Below are positions 1 to 7,890 of a DNA stretch of 53,797 nucleotides, piece by piece (position 1 is the first letter of the stretch; every line of letters begins with the position of its first letter). A program made the translations under genes and the position numbers. The notes under the pieces were generated by a model, which worked only from the letters and a program-made list of their open reading frames with translations, searched no databases and was not told the DNA's origin. The DNA is taken from positions 62,001 through 115,797 of the forward strand of contig JBEKXF010000006.1 of NCBI GenBank assembly GCA_049512315.1. The letters run 5' to 3'. Origin of the DNA: Candidatus Aminicenantales bacterium. Its GTDB lineage: Bacteria > Acidobacteriota > Aminicenantia > Aminicenantales > Saccharicenantaceae.

Positions 1-188
1 TTTGCGGCGGCCCAAGGACCAGGGTTCTCCCGGGTATACGGCTTGTCCTGCTTGTATTCACTCTGAATCTGGGGCTTGCTCTGACCGTACCCGGCCTGGG
101 CGCTTGGCGTTCCGGATCCCAGGGCGCTCAGCGTCAACGCCGCGGCCGCCAAAACGACTGGAATCAAAAGCAGACAATTCTTTTTCAT
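1..188 (-). CDS. Secreted protein, truncated at the window edge (N-terminal part only)
   Basis: Not in the ORF track. Read manually: ATG at 188 preceded by AAAGGAGG; MKKNCLLLIPVVLAAAALTLSALG... is a signal-peptide-like N-terminus; frame stays open to base 1. Confidence 0.75.
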   Translation of the reverse strand, partial: MKKNCLLLIPVVLAAAALTLSALGSGTPSAQAGYGQSKPQIQSEYKQDKPYTRENPGPWAAA

Positions 189-375
189 ATGGCCCTCCTT
201 TGATCCCGGGCGCCTCGCCCGGCTCGCTTCTAATATCCCAGAATCCGGCGGCAATATCAAGGCGAGGCGGGTATGGCTCGTCGCCCTTTGGGCGACGGGA
301 GCGGGGCCGAGCAGCCGAGCGCGTTTTCCACGCCGGGGAAAACGGGCGGGAGTTCTAGCCGGATTCCCCGGACCT

Positions 376-1623
376 TCACATGCCATACTTGGCGATGATC
401 TCCTGCTTGGTCTTGCCCAGGATGTCGAACTTCTTGCCCACCTTGGTGAAGACCGCGAGCGCCTTGTCGAGGTGGTGAATCTCGTGGCCGGCCGAGATCT
501 GGGTCCGGATCCGGGCCTGGCCCTGGGGCACGACGGGGAAGAAAAAGCCGATGGCGTAGATCCCCTCGTCGTAAAGGCCCTGGGAGAAGTCCTGCGAGAG
601 CTTGGCGTTGAAGAACATGACGGGCACGATCGGGGTATCCCCTTCCTTGAGGACGAAACCGGCCTCGGTCAGCCCCTTCCTCCAGTAGGCGGCGTTCCGC
701 TCGAGCTTGTCGCGGCGCTCGGTCGACTTGGAGAGGATCTCCATGACCTTGAGGACGCCGGAGACGACGACCGGGGCGATGGTGTTCGAGAAGAGGTACG
801 GCCTGGCCCGCTGCCGGCAGAGCTCGACCAGCTCGCGGCGCCCCGAAACGCAGCCCCCGGACGCGCCCCCGAGGGCCTTGCCGAAGGTCGTCGTGATGAC
901 GTCGATCTTGCCCACGACGCCGCACCTCTCGTGGGTCCCGCGGCCGGTCCTGCCGATGAACCCCGTCGAGTGGGAATCGTCGACGAGGAGCATGGCGTCG
1001 TATTTCTCGCACAGGGCCACCATCTCATCGAGCTTGGCCGCGTCGCCGTCCATGGAGAAGACGCCGTCCGTGACGACGAGCTTGAAGCGCTTATCGGCGT
1101 GGAGCTGGAGCTTCTCCTCGAGGTGGGCCATGTCCGAATGCTTGATCGTGTCGTGCATGGCGCTGCAGAGCCGGATGCCGTCGACGAGCGAGGCGTGGAC
1201 GAGGCGGTCCGAGATGATGACGTCGTCCTTGGTCAGGATGGCTTCGAAGACGCCGGCGTTGGCGTCCATGCAGGAGGGGAAAAGGAGCGTGTCCTCTGTC
1301 CCCAGGAATTCGGTCAGGCGATGCTCGAGCTCGCGGTGGATGTCCTGGGTGCCGCAGATGAAGCGGACCGACGACATGCCGTAGCCGCGCGTCTCGAGCC
1401 CCTCGTGCGCCGCCTTGATGACGTCCGGGTGGCTCGAGAGCCCCAGGTAGTTGTTGGCGCACATATTGATGACTTTCTTGAGGGGCGAGCCGGCGGGGAA
1501 TTCGACCTCGATGTCGGCCGCCTGGGGCGAGTGGATGAACCGCTCCTGCTTAAAGAGGCCGGCGTCCTGGATGCCCTTGAGCTGACCCTGGTATGTCCCG
1601 CGGATCTTGTCGCTGTAAGCCAT
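376..1623 (-). CDS. kbl: Glycine C-acetyltransferase / 2-amino-3-ketobutyrate CoA ligase (PLP alpha-oxoamine synthase)
   Basis: Kbl-type motifs CANNYLGL, SVRFICGT, DDSH, TFGKALGG (PLP lysine), RPYLFSN, ARIRTQ. Start moved to MAYSDK at 1623, just after the ACP stop. Confidence 0.9.
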   Translation of the reverse strand: MAYSDKIRGTYQGQLKGIQDAGLFKQERFIHSPQAADIEVEFPAGSPLKKVINMCANNYLGLSSHPDVIKAAHEGLETRGYGMSSVRFICGTQDIHRELEHRLTEFLGTEDTLLFPSCMDANAGVFEAILTKDDVIISDRLVHASLVDGIRLCSAMHDTIKHSDMAHLEEKLQLHADKRFKLVVTDGVFSMDGDAAKLDEMVALCEKYDAMLLVDDSHSTGFIGRTGRGTHERCGVVGKIDVITTTFGKALGGASGGCVSGRRELVELCRQRARPYLFSNTIAPVVVSGVLKVMEILSKSTERRDKLERNAAYWRKGLTEAGFVLKEGDTPIVPVMFFNAKLSQDFSQGLYDEGIYAIGFFFPVVPQGQARIRTQISAGHEIHHLDKALAVFTKVGKKFDILGKTKQEIIAKYGM

Positions 1624-1627
1624 GGCT

Positions 1628-1888
1628 TTATCCCTTCTTCGCGACGAATTCCTGGACGAGGGAGGCGATCTTGTTGACCGAGTCGAAGGCCTCGGGAGTC
1701 GCCTTGTCATCCGGGATCTGGATCGCGTACTTGTTCTCGAGGAACCTCTTCAGCGAGACCATCGAGAACGAGTCCACGATCCCGCCCGAGATGAGGGGCG
1801 TGTCGTAGGTTAGGGCCTCGCTGTCGTCCTCAAGGTATTCCTTGGTCACGTAATTCAGGACGATGTCTTTCAAACCTTCCAGGGCCAT
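1628..1888 (-). CDS. Standalone acyl/peptidyl carrier protein
   Basis: 86 aa, acidic, GGIVDSFSMVSL phosphopantetheine-attachment motif; AGGAG RBS. Confidence 0.88.
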   Translation of the reverse strand: MALEGLKDIVLNYVTKEYLEDDSEALTYDTPLISGGIVDSFSMVSLKRFLENKYAIQIPDDKATPEAFDSVNKIASLVQEFVAKKG

Positions 1889-1918
1889 GGTATTTCTCCT
1901 TCTTATTCAGATTTTATG

Positions 1919-3622
1919 CTAATCGTTTTCAAGGGTGGAGGTGTCGCCGATCTCCTCGCCCCATTCTTTGGCGTGGAGGATGCGGCGCATGATCTTGCCG
2001 CTCCTCGTCTTGGGGAGCGACGGCACGAACTCGATCTCCTGCGGCATGGCCAGGGGCGAAAGCTTCTTCCGGATGAAGTTCATGATGTCGAGGTCAAGGT
2101 CCTGGCTGGCCGCGAAGCCCGGCTTGAGGGTCACAAAGGCCTTGACGACTTCCAGGTTGATCGGGTCGGGCTTGGAGACCACGGCCGATTCGGCGACCGC
2201 CGGGTGCTCGAGAAGGGCCGATTCGACCTCGAACGGGCTGACGAGATGCCCGGCCGTGTTGATGATGTCGTCGTCGCGGCCGGCGAACCAGAAGTAGCCG
2301 TCCTTGTCGAGCCGGGAGCGGTCGCCGGTGATGTACCAGCCGTTCCGGAACTTCTTCCGGAAGGCCTCTTCGTTGTTCCAGTAGGTCCGCATCCGCGAGG
2401 GCCAGTCGAACTTGAGGGCGACCAGGCCGATCTTCCCGTAGGTCGGGTACGGTTCGTTCTTGACCGGGTCCAGGACGGTGCCGGTGATGCCGGGGAAGGG
2501 CTTGCCCATGGAGCCCGCCCGGACCTCCATGCCCGGGTAGTTGCTGATGACGATGGAGCCCGTCTCCGTCTGCCAGTAGGTGTCGTAGAAGGGCTTGCCG
2601 AAGACTTTTTGTGACCACACGACCGCCTCGGAGTTCAAGGGCTCGCCGACGCTCGCCAAGTGCCGGAGAGAAGAGAGGTCGAATTTCTTGACGATCTCGT
2701 CCCCGGCTTTCATCAGCGAGCGGATGGCCGTCGGCGCCGAGTACCACATCGTGACCCGGCGCTTCTCGATAAACTTGTACCAGGCCTCGGCGGAGAAGCC
2801 GGCGTCGAAAACGCACTGGGTGACGCCCAGGGCGAAGGGGGCGATGATCCCGTAGGACGTCCCGGTAACCCAGCCGGGGTCGGCCGTGCACCAGTAGATG
2901 TCGTCGTCCCTGAGGTCGAGGGCCCACCTGGCCGTAAGGTATTGGGAGATGAGCGAGTAATGGACGTGCTGGACGCCCTTGGGCATCCCGGTCGTGCCTG
3001 ACGTGTAGTGGAGGACGGATGGGGACTCGGCCTTGGTCGGATAAATATCGAGGTGCTCGACAGGCGCGGCCTTCTCGAGGGAAAACGCAACCTCGCGGTC
3101 CCTTAGCGGTGACACGCCGTCATGGTCGACGATAATGATGTGTCTGATATGAGGCAGCTTCTCGAGAATTTTCCGGACTTTGGGGGCATGCTTCTTTTGG
3201 GTGATGACGGCCGAGGTCTCGGCGTTCGAGAGGCGGACGAAGAGCGACTCGTCGCCGAAGGCCGAAAATAGCGGCTGGGCGATGGCCCCGATCTTCAGGA
3301 TGCCCAGGAAGCCCAGATAAAGCTCGGGGATACGGTCCAAGAACAAGCAGACGCGCTCGCCGTCCTTCAGGCCGAGGCCGCGAAGGAAGGCGCCGATGGT
3401 GTTCGTGGCCATGCGGATGTCGTTGTAGGTGTAGGTCTTTTCGACGCCGGTGAAGCCTTCCCAGTAGAGGGCGACCCTCGACCCTTTCCCGAGCTTGCAG
3501 ATCCGGTCGGTGCAGTACCAGCCGATGTTGATGTCATCGCCGGGTTTGTAGCCAAGCTCCTTCTCGGCGATCTGCCAGGAGAAGTTCTTCACCCGCTCGT
3601 CGTATGAGCCGATATTGGACAT
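1919..3622 (-). CDS. acsA: AMP-forming acetate ligase (acetyl-CoA synthetase, short AcsA type)
   Basis: YTSGTTGMPKG loop, WCTADPGWVTG, SVGEPLN, DTYWQTETG, C-terminal LPKTRSGKIMRR. Confidence 0.88.
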   Translation of the reverse strand: MSNIGSYDERVKNFSWQIAEKELGYKPGDDINIGWYCTDRICKLGKGSRVALYWEGFTGVEKTYTYNDIRMATNTIGAFLRGLGLKDGERVCLFLDRIPELYLGFLGILKIGAIAQPLFSAFGDESLFVRLSNAETSAVITQKKHAPKVRKILEKLPHIRHIIIVDHDGVSPLRDREVAFSLEKAAPVEHLDIYPTKAESPSVLHYTSGTTGMPKGVQHVHYSLISQYLTARWALDLRDDDIYWCTADPGWVTGTSYGIIAPFALGVTQCVFDAGFSAEAWYKFIEKRRVTMWYSAPTAIRSLMKAGDEIVKKFDLSSLRHLASVGEPLNSEAVVWSQKVFGKPFYDTYWQTETGSIVISNYPGMEVRAGSMGKPFPGITGTVLDPVKNEPYPTYGKIGLVALKFDWPSRMRTYWNNEEAFRKKFRNGWYITGDRSRLDKDGYFWFAGRDDDIINTAGHLVSPFEVESALLEHPAVAESAVVSKPDPINLEVVKAFVTLKPGFAASQDLDLDIMNFIRKKLSPLAMPQEIEFVPSLPKTRSGKIMRRILHAKEWGEEIGDTSTLEND

Positions 3623-3645
3623 GATGATCGATCCTCCGTTCTCTT

Positions 3646-4029
3646 TTATTCCGTTTTGTTTTCCAGGACGACGACCGCCTTGGCCAGGTCCTTGATATGG
3701 GACAGCGAAGCCTGCATGCCGGTGATCTTGTGGGCCCGGCAGAACTCGCCGACTTTGCCGTGCACGAAAAGTTCGGGCTTGCCCAAGGCGTTGTTGACGA
3801 TTTCGATCTCGGAGAACTTGTGCCCGCCCGTCCAGCCCGTTCCCATGGCCTTGAGGAAGGCCTCCTTGGCGGCGAAGCGGGCGGCGTAGTGCTGGGCGGG
3901 GCGGTGCTTGGACTCGCAGTAGGCGATCTCAGTCGGGGTAAAGAGCTTGGCCTTGAGGCTCGCCGTGCGGACGAGCTTTTCCTCGACCCTCTGGACCTCG
4001 ATAATGTCCGTTCCGACGCCGAAAATCAA
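3646..4029 (-). CDS. acpS: Holo-ACP synthase (4'-phosphopantetheinyl transferase)
   Basis: GVGTDIIE, ARFAAKEAFLKA, GKP and SLSH motifs; TTG start. Confidence 0.92.
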   Translation of the reverse strand: MIFGVGTDIIEVQRVEEKLVRTASLKAKLFTPTEIAYCESKHRPAQHYAARFAAKEAFLKAMGTGWTGGHKFSEIEIVNNALGKPELFVHGKVGEFCRAHKITGMQASLSHIKDLAKAVVVLENKTE

Positions 4030-4128
4030 TGACTTACGTGCCTTTCGTCCGTGGCTACCGGGTCCCGCGGCGCTCGGCCGACCAGAGAAGCGGCGGCTTC
4101 AGCCGGAGTCCCATAATGACGGAATAGT

Positions 4129-4156
4129 ATTATAGATAACGGGCGGGAAATGTCAA
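4129..4156 (-). promoter_or_regulatory. Sigma-70-type promoter of the acpS-acsA-acp-kbl operon
   Basis: Minus strand reads TTGACA (4156-4151), 16 nt, TATAAT (4134-4129); both hexamers are perfect consensus. Confidence 0.75.
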
Positions 4157-4173
4157 AGTTGGGGAAGACAGGG

Positions 4174-4560
4174 TCAGAGGCGCTCGATGACTTTCCTGAG
4201 CTTCGCCCGGACTTCCAGCCCGACCGGCTCCAGGGCGGGATTTTGCACCGCCTGCATGGAGGCCACGGGGTCGATGGCCGCGACCTCGACCAGGCCCCCG
4301 GCCGTCTCCTGCACGATCACGTTGCAGGGCAGCATCAGGCCGATCTTGTCTTCGGCCAGGAGCGCCTTGTAGGCGTAAGGGGGATTGCAGGTCCCAAGGA
4401 TCCGATAATACCGGAAATCGACGTTGAGCTTCTCTTTCAGCGTCTCCCTGACGTCGATATCTGTCAGGATGCCAAATCCCTCCGTCTTGAGCTCCGCCTT
4501 GACCATTTCGACGGCCTCATCGAACGCGACATCGAGCATTTTGCTGAAAAAATAGCTCAT
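4174..4560 (-). CDS. DUF302 domain protein
   Basis: [19 protein letters not shown] and [11 protein letters not shown] motifs typical of DUF302. Confidence 0.85.
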   Translation of the reverse strand: MSYFFSKMLDVAFDEAVEMVKAELKTEGFGILTDIDVRETLKEKLNVDFRYYRILGTCNPPYAYKALLAEDKIGLMLPCNVIVQETAGGLVEVAAIDPVASMQAVQNPALEPVGLEVRAKLRKVIERL

Positions 4561-4609
4561 CGATCTTTACTCCTTAAAGTTCGGTTTCCACGGAGAAAGG
4601 CGTTCCCAT

Positions 4610-5077
4610 CTAGCAGCGGCGCTTTCCTGCCAGGATTTCGGGCAAGACCTTGTCCAGAAATTCGGCCGGGCTGACTGTCTTGAACGGAAAGCCGCCTTTT
4701 TCTCCGATAAGAGAAATCAGCCTCTTATCGCCGGTCAAGAAATGATCCGCTTTCCCGTTGAGCACTGAGGCTAAAACGGGCAAATCCTTGTCATCCGCCG
4801 TTTCGGCGAGGGGTCGAAGGTCTTCCTGGGAGGGCAACGGTATGATCTCGAGCTTGAGTTTGGGCAAATAAAGACGGTAGATCGGAAGGGCGACGGCCAT
4901 CTTTTTCTGGAGGTTGCGTTCGATCTCATTCAAGTTAAAGCGTCCTGTCAGGCCGATCAAAACGGGAAGGTCTAAACTGAGAACGTCTAGGATCACGCGC
5001 GGCGCCCCCCGGTCCGAAAAAAGACCGGACAGGATAACATTCGAATCGAGGAAAAGCCTATGCTTTTTTGTCTCCAT
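4610..5077 (-). CDS. PIN-domain putative toxin (VapC-like)
   Basis: LFLDSNVILS, DDKD and LTGDKRL acidic PIN motifs; overlaps the upstream antitoxin by 20 nt. Confidence 0.85.
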   Translation of the reverse strand: METKKHRLFLDSNVILSGLFSDRGAPRVILDVLSLDLPVLIGLTGRFNLNEIERNLQKKMAVALPIYRLYLPKLKLEIIPLPSQEDLRPLAETADDKDLPVLASVLNGKADHFLTGDKRLISLIGEKGGFPFKTVSPAEFLDKVLPEILAGKRRC

Positions 5078-5345
5078 AGGTCTCCTCGAAGAGGTCTCCT
5101 CTTTCGGTATCGAGTCCTTCGAGCAATGCCTCGAGCGTCACGCCCGAAGCCTTCATGAGCTTGCGGATCTCCCGGCGTGCTTCATCAAGCTCGAGCCTTT
5201 TTGGGGTGACCAAAATGGAGTCCCCGACGGGGATAATGGATACGGTCTCTCCCTCATAGAGGTTTCCCTCCTCGCGGACCCTCTTAGGGATCGTGAGTTG
5301 TCCACGCGCTTTGATCTCGGCCTTATACGGCTTGACGCTTTCCAT
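5058..5345 (-). CDS. AbrB/MazE/SpoVT-family antitoxin
   Basis: IKARGQLTIPKRVRE swapped-hairpin motif; lies directly upstream of the PIN gene. Confidence 0.85.
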   Translation of the reverse strand: MESVKPYKAEIKARGQLTIPKRVREEGNLYEGETVSIIPVGDSILVTPKRLELDEARREIRKLMKASGVTLEALLEGLDTERGDLFEETYGDKKA

Positions 5346-5358
5346 TCCGCCATCTCCT

Positions 5359-5408
5359 TCAGGCTTGATTCAGTATTCAGAATATCAGATTTCAGACTCT
5401 TTTGTCAA
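5359..5408 (-). promoter_or_regulatory. TA operon promoter overlapped by short TCAG direct repeats (putative operator)
   Basis: Minus strand TTGACA (5408-5403), 18 nt, TATTCT (5384-5379). TCAG occurs on the plus strand at 5359, 5370, 5377, 5385 and 5392. Confidence 0.55.
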
Positions 5409-5593
5409 GGCCGCCGAAAAATCGTTTCCTCGATTTCATGGAAGTTTTTTGTGGCCTGGTTGGATCGAATTAAGTTTAGGCGGCACACAGAGGCGGAGCG
5501 AATGGATAGTTACATAAAGCCGGTGTCCCTGTATTATTTCCGTTTCCCCCCCTGTTTGACCGGCCTCGGTGGCTTGGGATATAAGAAAGCTCG

Positions 5594-6847
5594 ATGAATT
5601 CAGCGGCCGGCCCCTACCAAAGCCAGGAAGGCGTCCCTCTCGCCCCTCCGGGTAAGAACCGCGCCCTGGCGCTTCTTGCTCTGGCCGAGCTCCTGGGGAT
5701 GTCGGTCTGGTTCTCGGCGTCGGCCGTCATCCCGGCGCTCGCGGCCGCTTGGAATCTCGGCGCATCGGGCCAGGCCTGGCTAACCATGTCCGTCCAGCTC
5801 GGCTTCGTCGCCGGGGCGCTCGGGTCGGCCGTCCTGAACCTCGCCGACCGGCTCCCCTCGCGCCTTCTATTCTCGTTTTCCGCGCTGCTCGCCGGCGTTA
5901 CGACATTCCTCATCCCGGCTTCCGGATCCGGGCCGTCGGTCGCCATAGCCCTTCGGTTCCTGACGGGTCTGTTTCTCGCCGGCGTCTATCCGGTCGGGAT
6001 GAAGATCATGGCCACCTGGACGCGGAACGACCGCGGCTGGGGGATCGGCCTTCTCGTGGGTGCCCTCACGGTCGGTTCGGCCGCCCCTCACCTGCTCCGG
6101 GCCTTTGGAGGAGGCGCGGACTGGAAGCCCGTCCTCTATTTGAGCGCCGCCCTGGCTGCCGCCGGTGGCCTCATCGCACTCCTCTTCATCACGGAGGGCC
6201 CCGACCGAGCGCCCGCGCCGCGATTCAACTGGAAATACGCCGGCGAGGTCTGGCGGGACAGGGGAATGGCCCTGGCCAACCTGGGCTACTTCGGTCACAT
6301 GTGGGAGCTCTACGCCGTCTGGACATGGGCGCCCGTCTTCCTTGTCGCGAGCTTCCGTGTTTCGGGGGTCGCCGGGACATGGGCGTTCGCCGCGGCCTTC
6401 GCCATGATCGCCGTGGGCGGGGCCGGGAGCCTGGTCGCGGGCAGGCTCGCCGACCGGTTCGGGAGGACAATCATCACGTTCGCATCCATGGCCGTCAGCG
6501 GGCTGTGCTGTCTCGTGTCGGGTTTCTTCTTCGGAGGGAATCCCTGGGCCCTATTCATCATTTGCCTCGTCTGGGGCTTCGCCGTGGTCGCCGATTCCGC
6601 CCAGTTCTCGGCGGGCGTGAGCGAGCTCTGCCCGGCCGAGCGGACGGGCACGGCTCTCACGCTTCAGACGAGCCTGGGATTCCTGCTGACGTTGGTGACG
6701 ATCCGCCTCGTCCCGACGTTCGAACGTCTTCTCACCTGGCGCTGGGCATTTGCTTTCCTCGCCCTTGGCCCAGCCGTCGGGATCTGGGCCATGCTCCGCT
6801 TGCGCCGTCTCCCCGCCTCCGCTAGGATGGCCTCCGGCCGCCGCTGA
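5594..6847 (+). CDS. MFS transporter
   Basis: 417 aa, about 12 hydrophobic segments, GRLADRFGR MFS loop motif. Confidence 0.88.
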   Translation: MNSAAGPYQSQEGVPLAPPGKNRALALLALAELLGMSVWFSASAVIPALAAAWNLGASGQAWLTMSVQLGFVAGALGSAVLNLADRLPSRLLFSFSALLAGVTTFLIPASGSGPSVAIALRFLTGLFLAGVYPVGMKIMATWTRNDRGWGIGLLVGALTVGSAAPHLLRAFGGGADWKPVLYLSAALAAAGGLIALLFITEGPDRAPAPRFNWKYAGEVWRDRGMALANLGYFGHMWELYAVWTWAPVFLVASFRVSGVAGTWAFAAAFAMIAVGGAGSLVAGRLADRFGRTIITFASMAVSGLCCLVSGFFFGGNPWALFIICLVWGFAVVADSAQFSAGVSELCPAERTGTALTLQTSLGFLLTLVTIRLVPTFERLLTWRWAFAFLALGPAVGIWAMLRLRRLPASARMASGRR

Positions 6848-6856
6848 TCCTATCCC

Positions 6857-7627
6857 TTATTTCTTGTAAACCAGAGTTGTCGAGGCCTGGGCAGTCGGCA
6901 TGACGATCATCTCGCTGACGTTGACGTGGGCCGGCCGTGTCGCGCACCAGACGACCGCGTCGGCAATGTCGTCGGGAGAAAGCGGCGTCAGGCCCTGGTA
7001 GACCTTGCCGGCCCGTTCCGTGTCGCCGTGGAACCGGACAACGCTGAATTCAGTCTCGACCATGCCCGGGGAGACTTCGCTCACCCGGACCGGCGTCCCG
7101 TTCAGATCGAGGCGCAGACCCATCGACAGGGCCCGGACGGCGAACTTCGTCGCGCAGTAGACGTTGCCGGCGGGGTAAACCTCATGGCCCGCGATCGAGC
7201 CGATGTTGATGACGTGCCCGCTCCCTCGCTCGACCATTCCCGGGATGACCGCCCGGCTGACGTAGAGCAGGCCCTTGACGTTGGTATCGATCATTTCTTC
7301 CCAGTCGCTCACGAGTCCCTCGTGGAGCTTGGCTAGCCCGCGGCTCAAGCCCGCGTTGTTGACCAGGACCTCGATCGGCCGCCATTCCGCCGGCAGAGCG
7401 GAGAGCGCTTTTTCGACGGCCGGCTGGCTCCGGACGTCGAGGCCGAAGGCATGGACCGGCACGCCGAATTTTTTCTTCAGCTCCGTCCCGAGCGCCTTGA
7501 GACGGTCGGCCCGGCGGGCGCAGATGAGGATCTTCGCGCCTGACTGGGCGAAAGCCCGGGCGCAGGACTCCCCGATCCCGGCGCTCGCGCCCGTCACGAA
7601 AACAACCTTATTTTTCAATGAATACAT
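6857..7627 (-). CDS. YdfG-like NADP-dependent short-chain dehydrogenase
   Basis: TGASAGIG, NNAG, YCATK (YxxxK), PGMVETEFS and RPAHVN motifs of the YdfG subfamily. Confidence 0.85.
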   Translation of the reverse strand: MYSLKNKVVFVTGASAGIGESCARAFAQSGAKILICARRADRLKALGTELKKKFGVPVHAFGLDVRSQPAVEKALSALPAEWRPIEVLVNNAGLSRGLAKLHEGLVSDWEEMIDTNVKGLLYVSRAVIPGMVERGSGHVINIGSIAGHEVYPAGNVYCATKFAVRALSMGLRLDLNGTPVRVSEVSPGMVETEFSVVRFHGDTERAGKVYQGLTPLSPDDIADAVVWCATRPAHVNVSEMIVMPTAQASTTLVYKK

Positions 7628-7890
7628 GCCCTCTCTCCTTTTGTTTTTCCCAGCCTAGCCTTCATAAAATCGGAAATGAACCTTGTGTCCCCGAATTAAG
7701 GCCGATAGATCTTGATCTCGTTCACAGCATGAGGATATCGCGGCACGAGGGCCCTTGTCCAGCCGGGAGCGGACCCTTCCACGCCCGATTGACAGGGCAA
7801 CCGCCCGAAGCATATATTGTCCCCGATTGGGCGGCGCCGCGGCCTCCGGACCGCCGGCCTCATGAAGGGAAAAGATCAAGGGAGGGTGCC

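Noticed and set aside
270..350. Two short hairpins downstream of kbl (CGTCGCCC/GGGCGACG; CGTTTTCC/GGAAAACG) as an ncRNA or terminator
   Set aside because: 8-bp stems are common at this GC content; no U-tract or recognisable RNA family.
376..1623. Serine palmitoyltransferase (sphingolipid) or BioF reading of the PLP enzyme
   Set aside because: Motifs are Kbl-type, and the linked ligase has the acetate-type WCTADPGW pocket rather than long-chain features.
5521..7700. GTGTCCC words at about 5523 and 7685 flanking the MFS-SDR pair as possible REP or mobile-element ends
   Set aside because: The match is only 7 nt, with no transposase and no target duplication.
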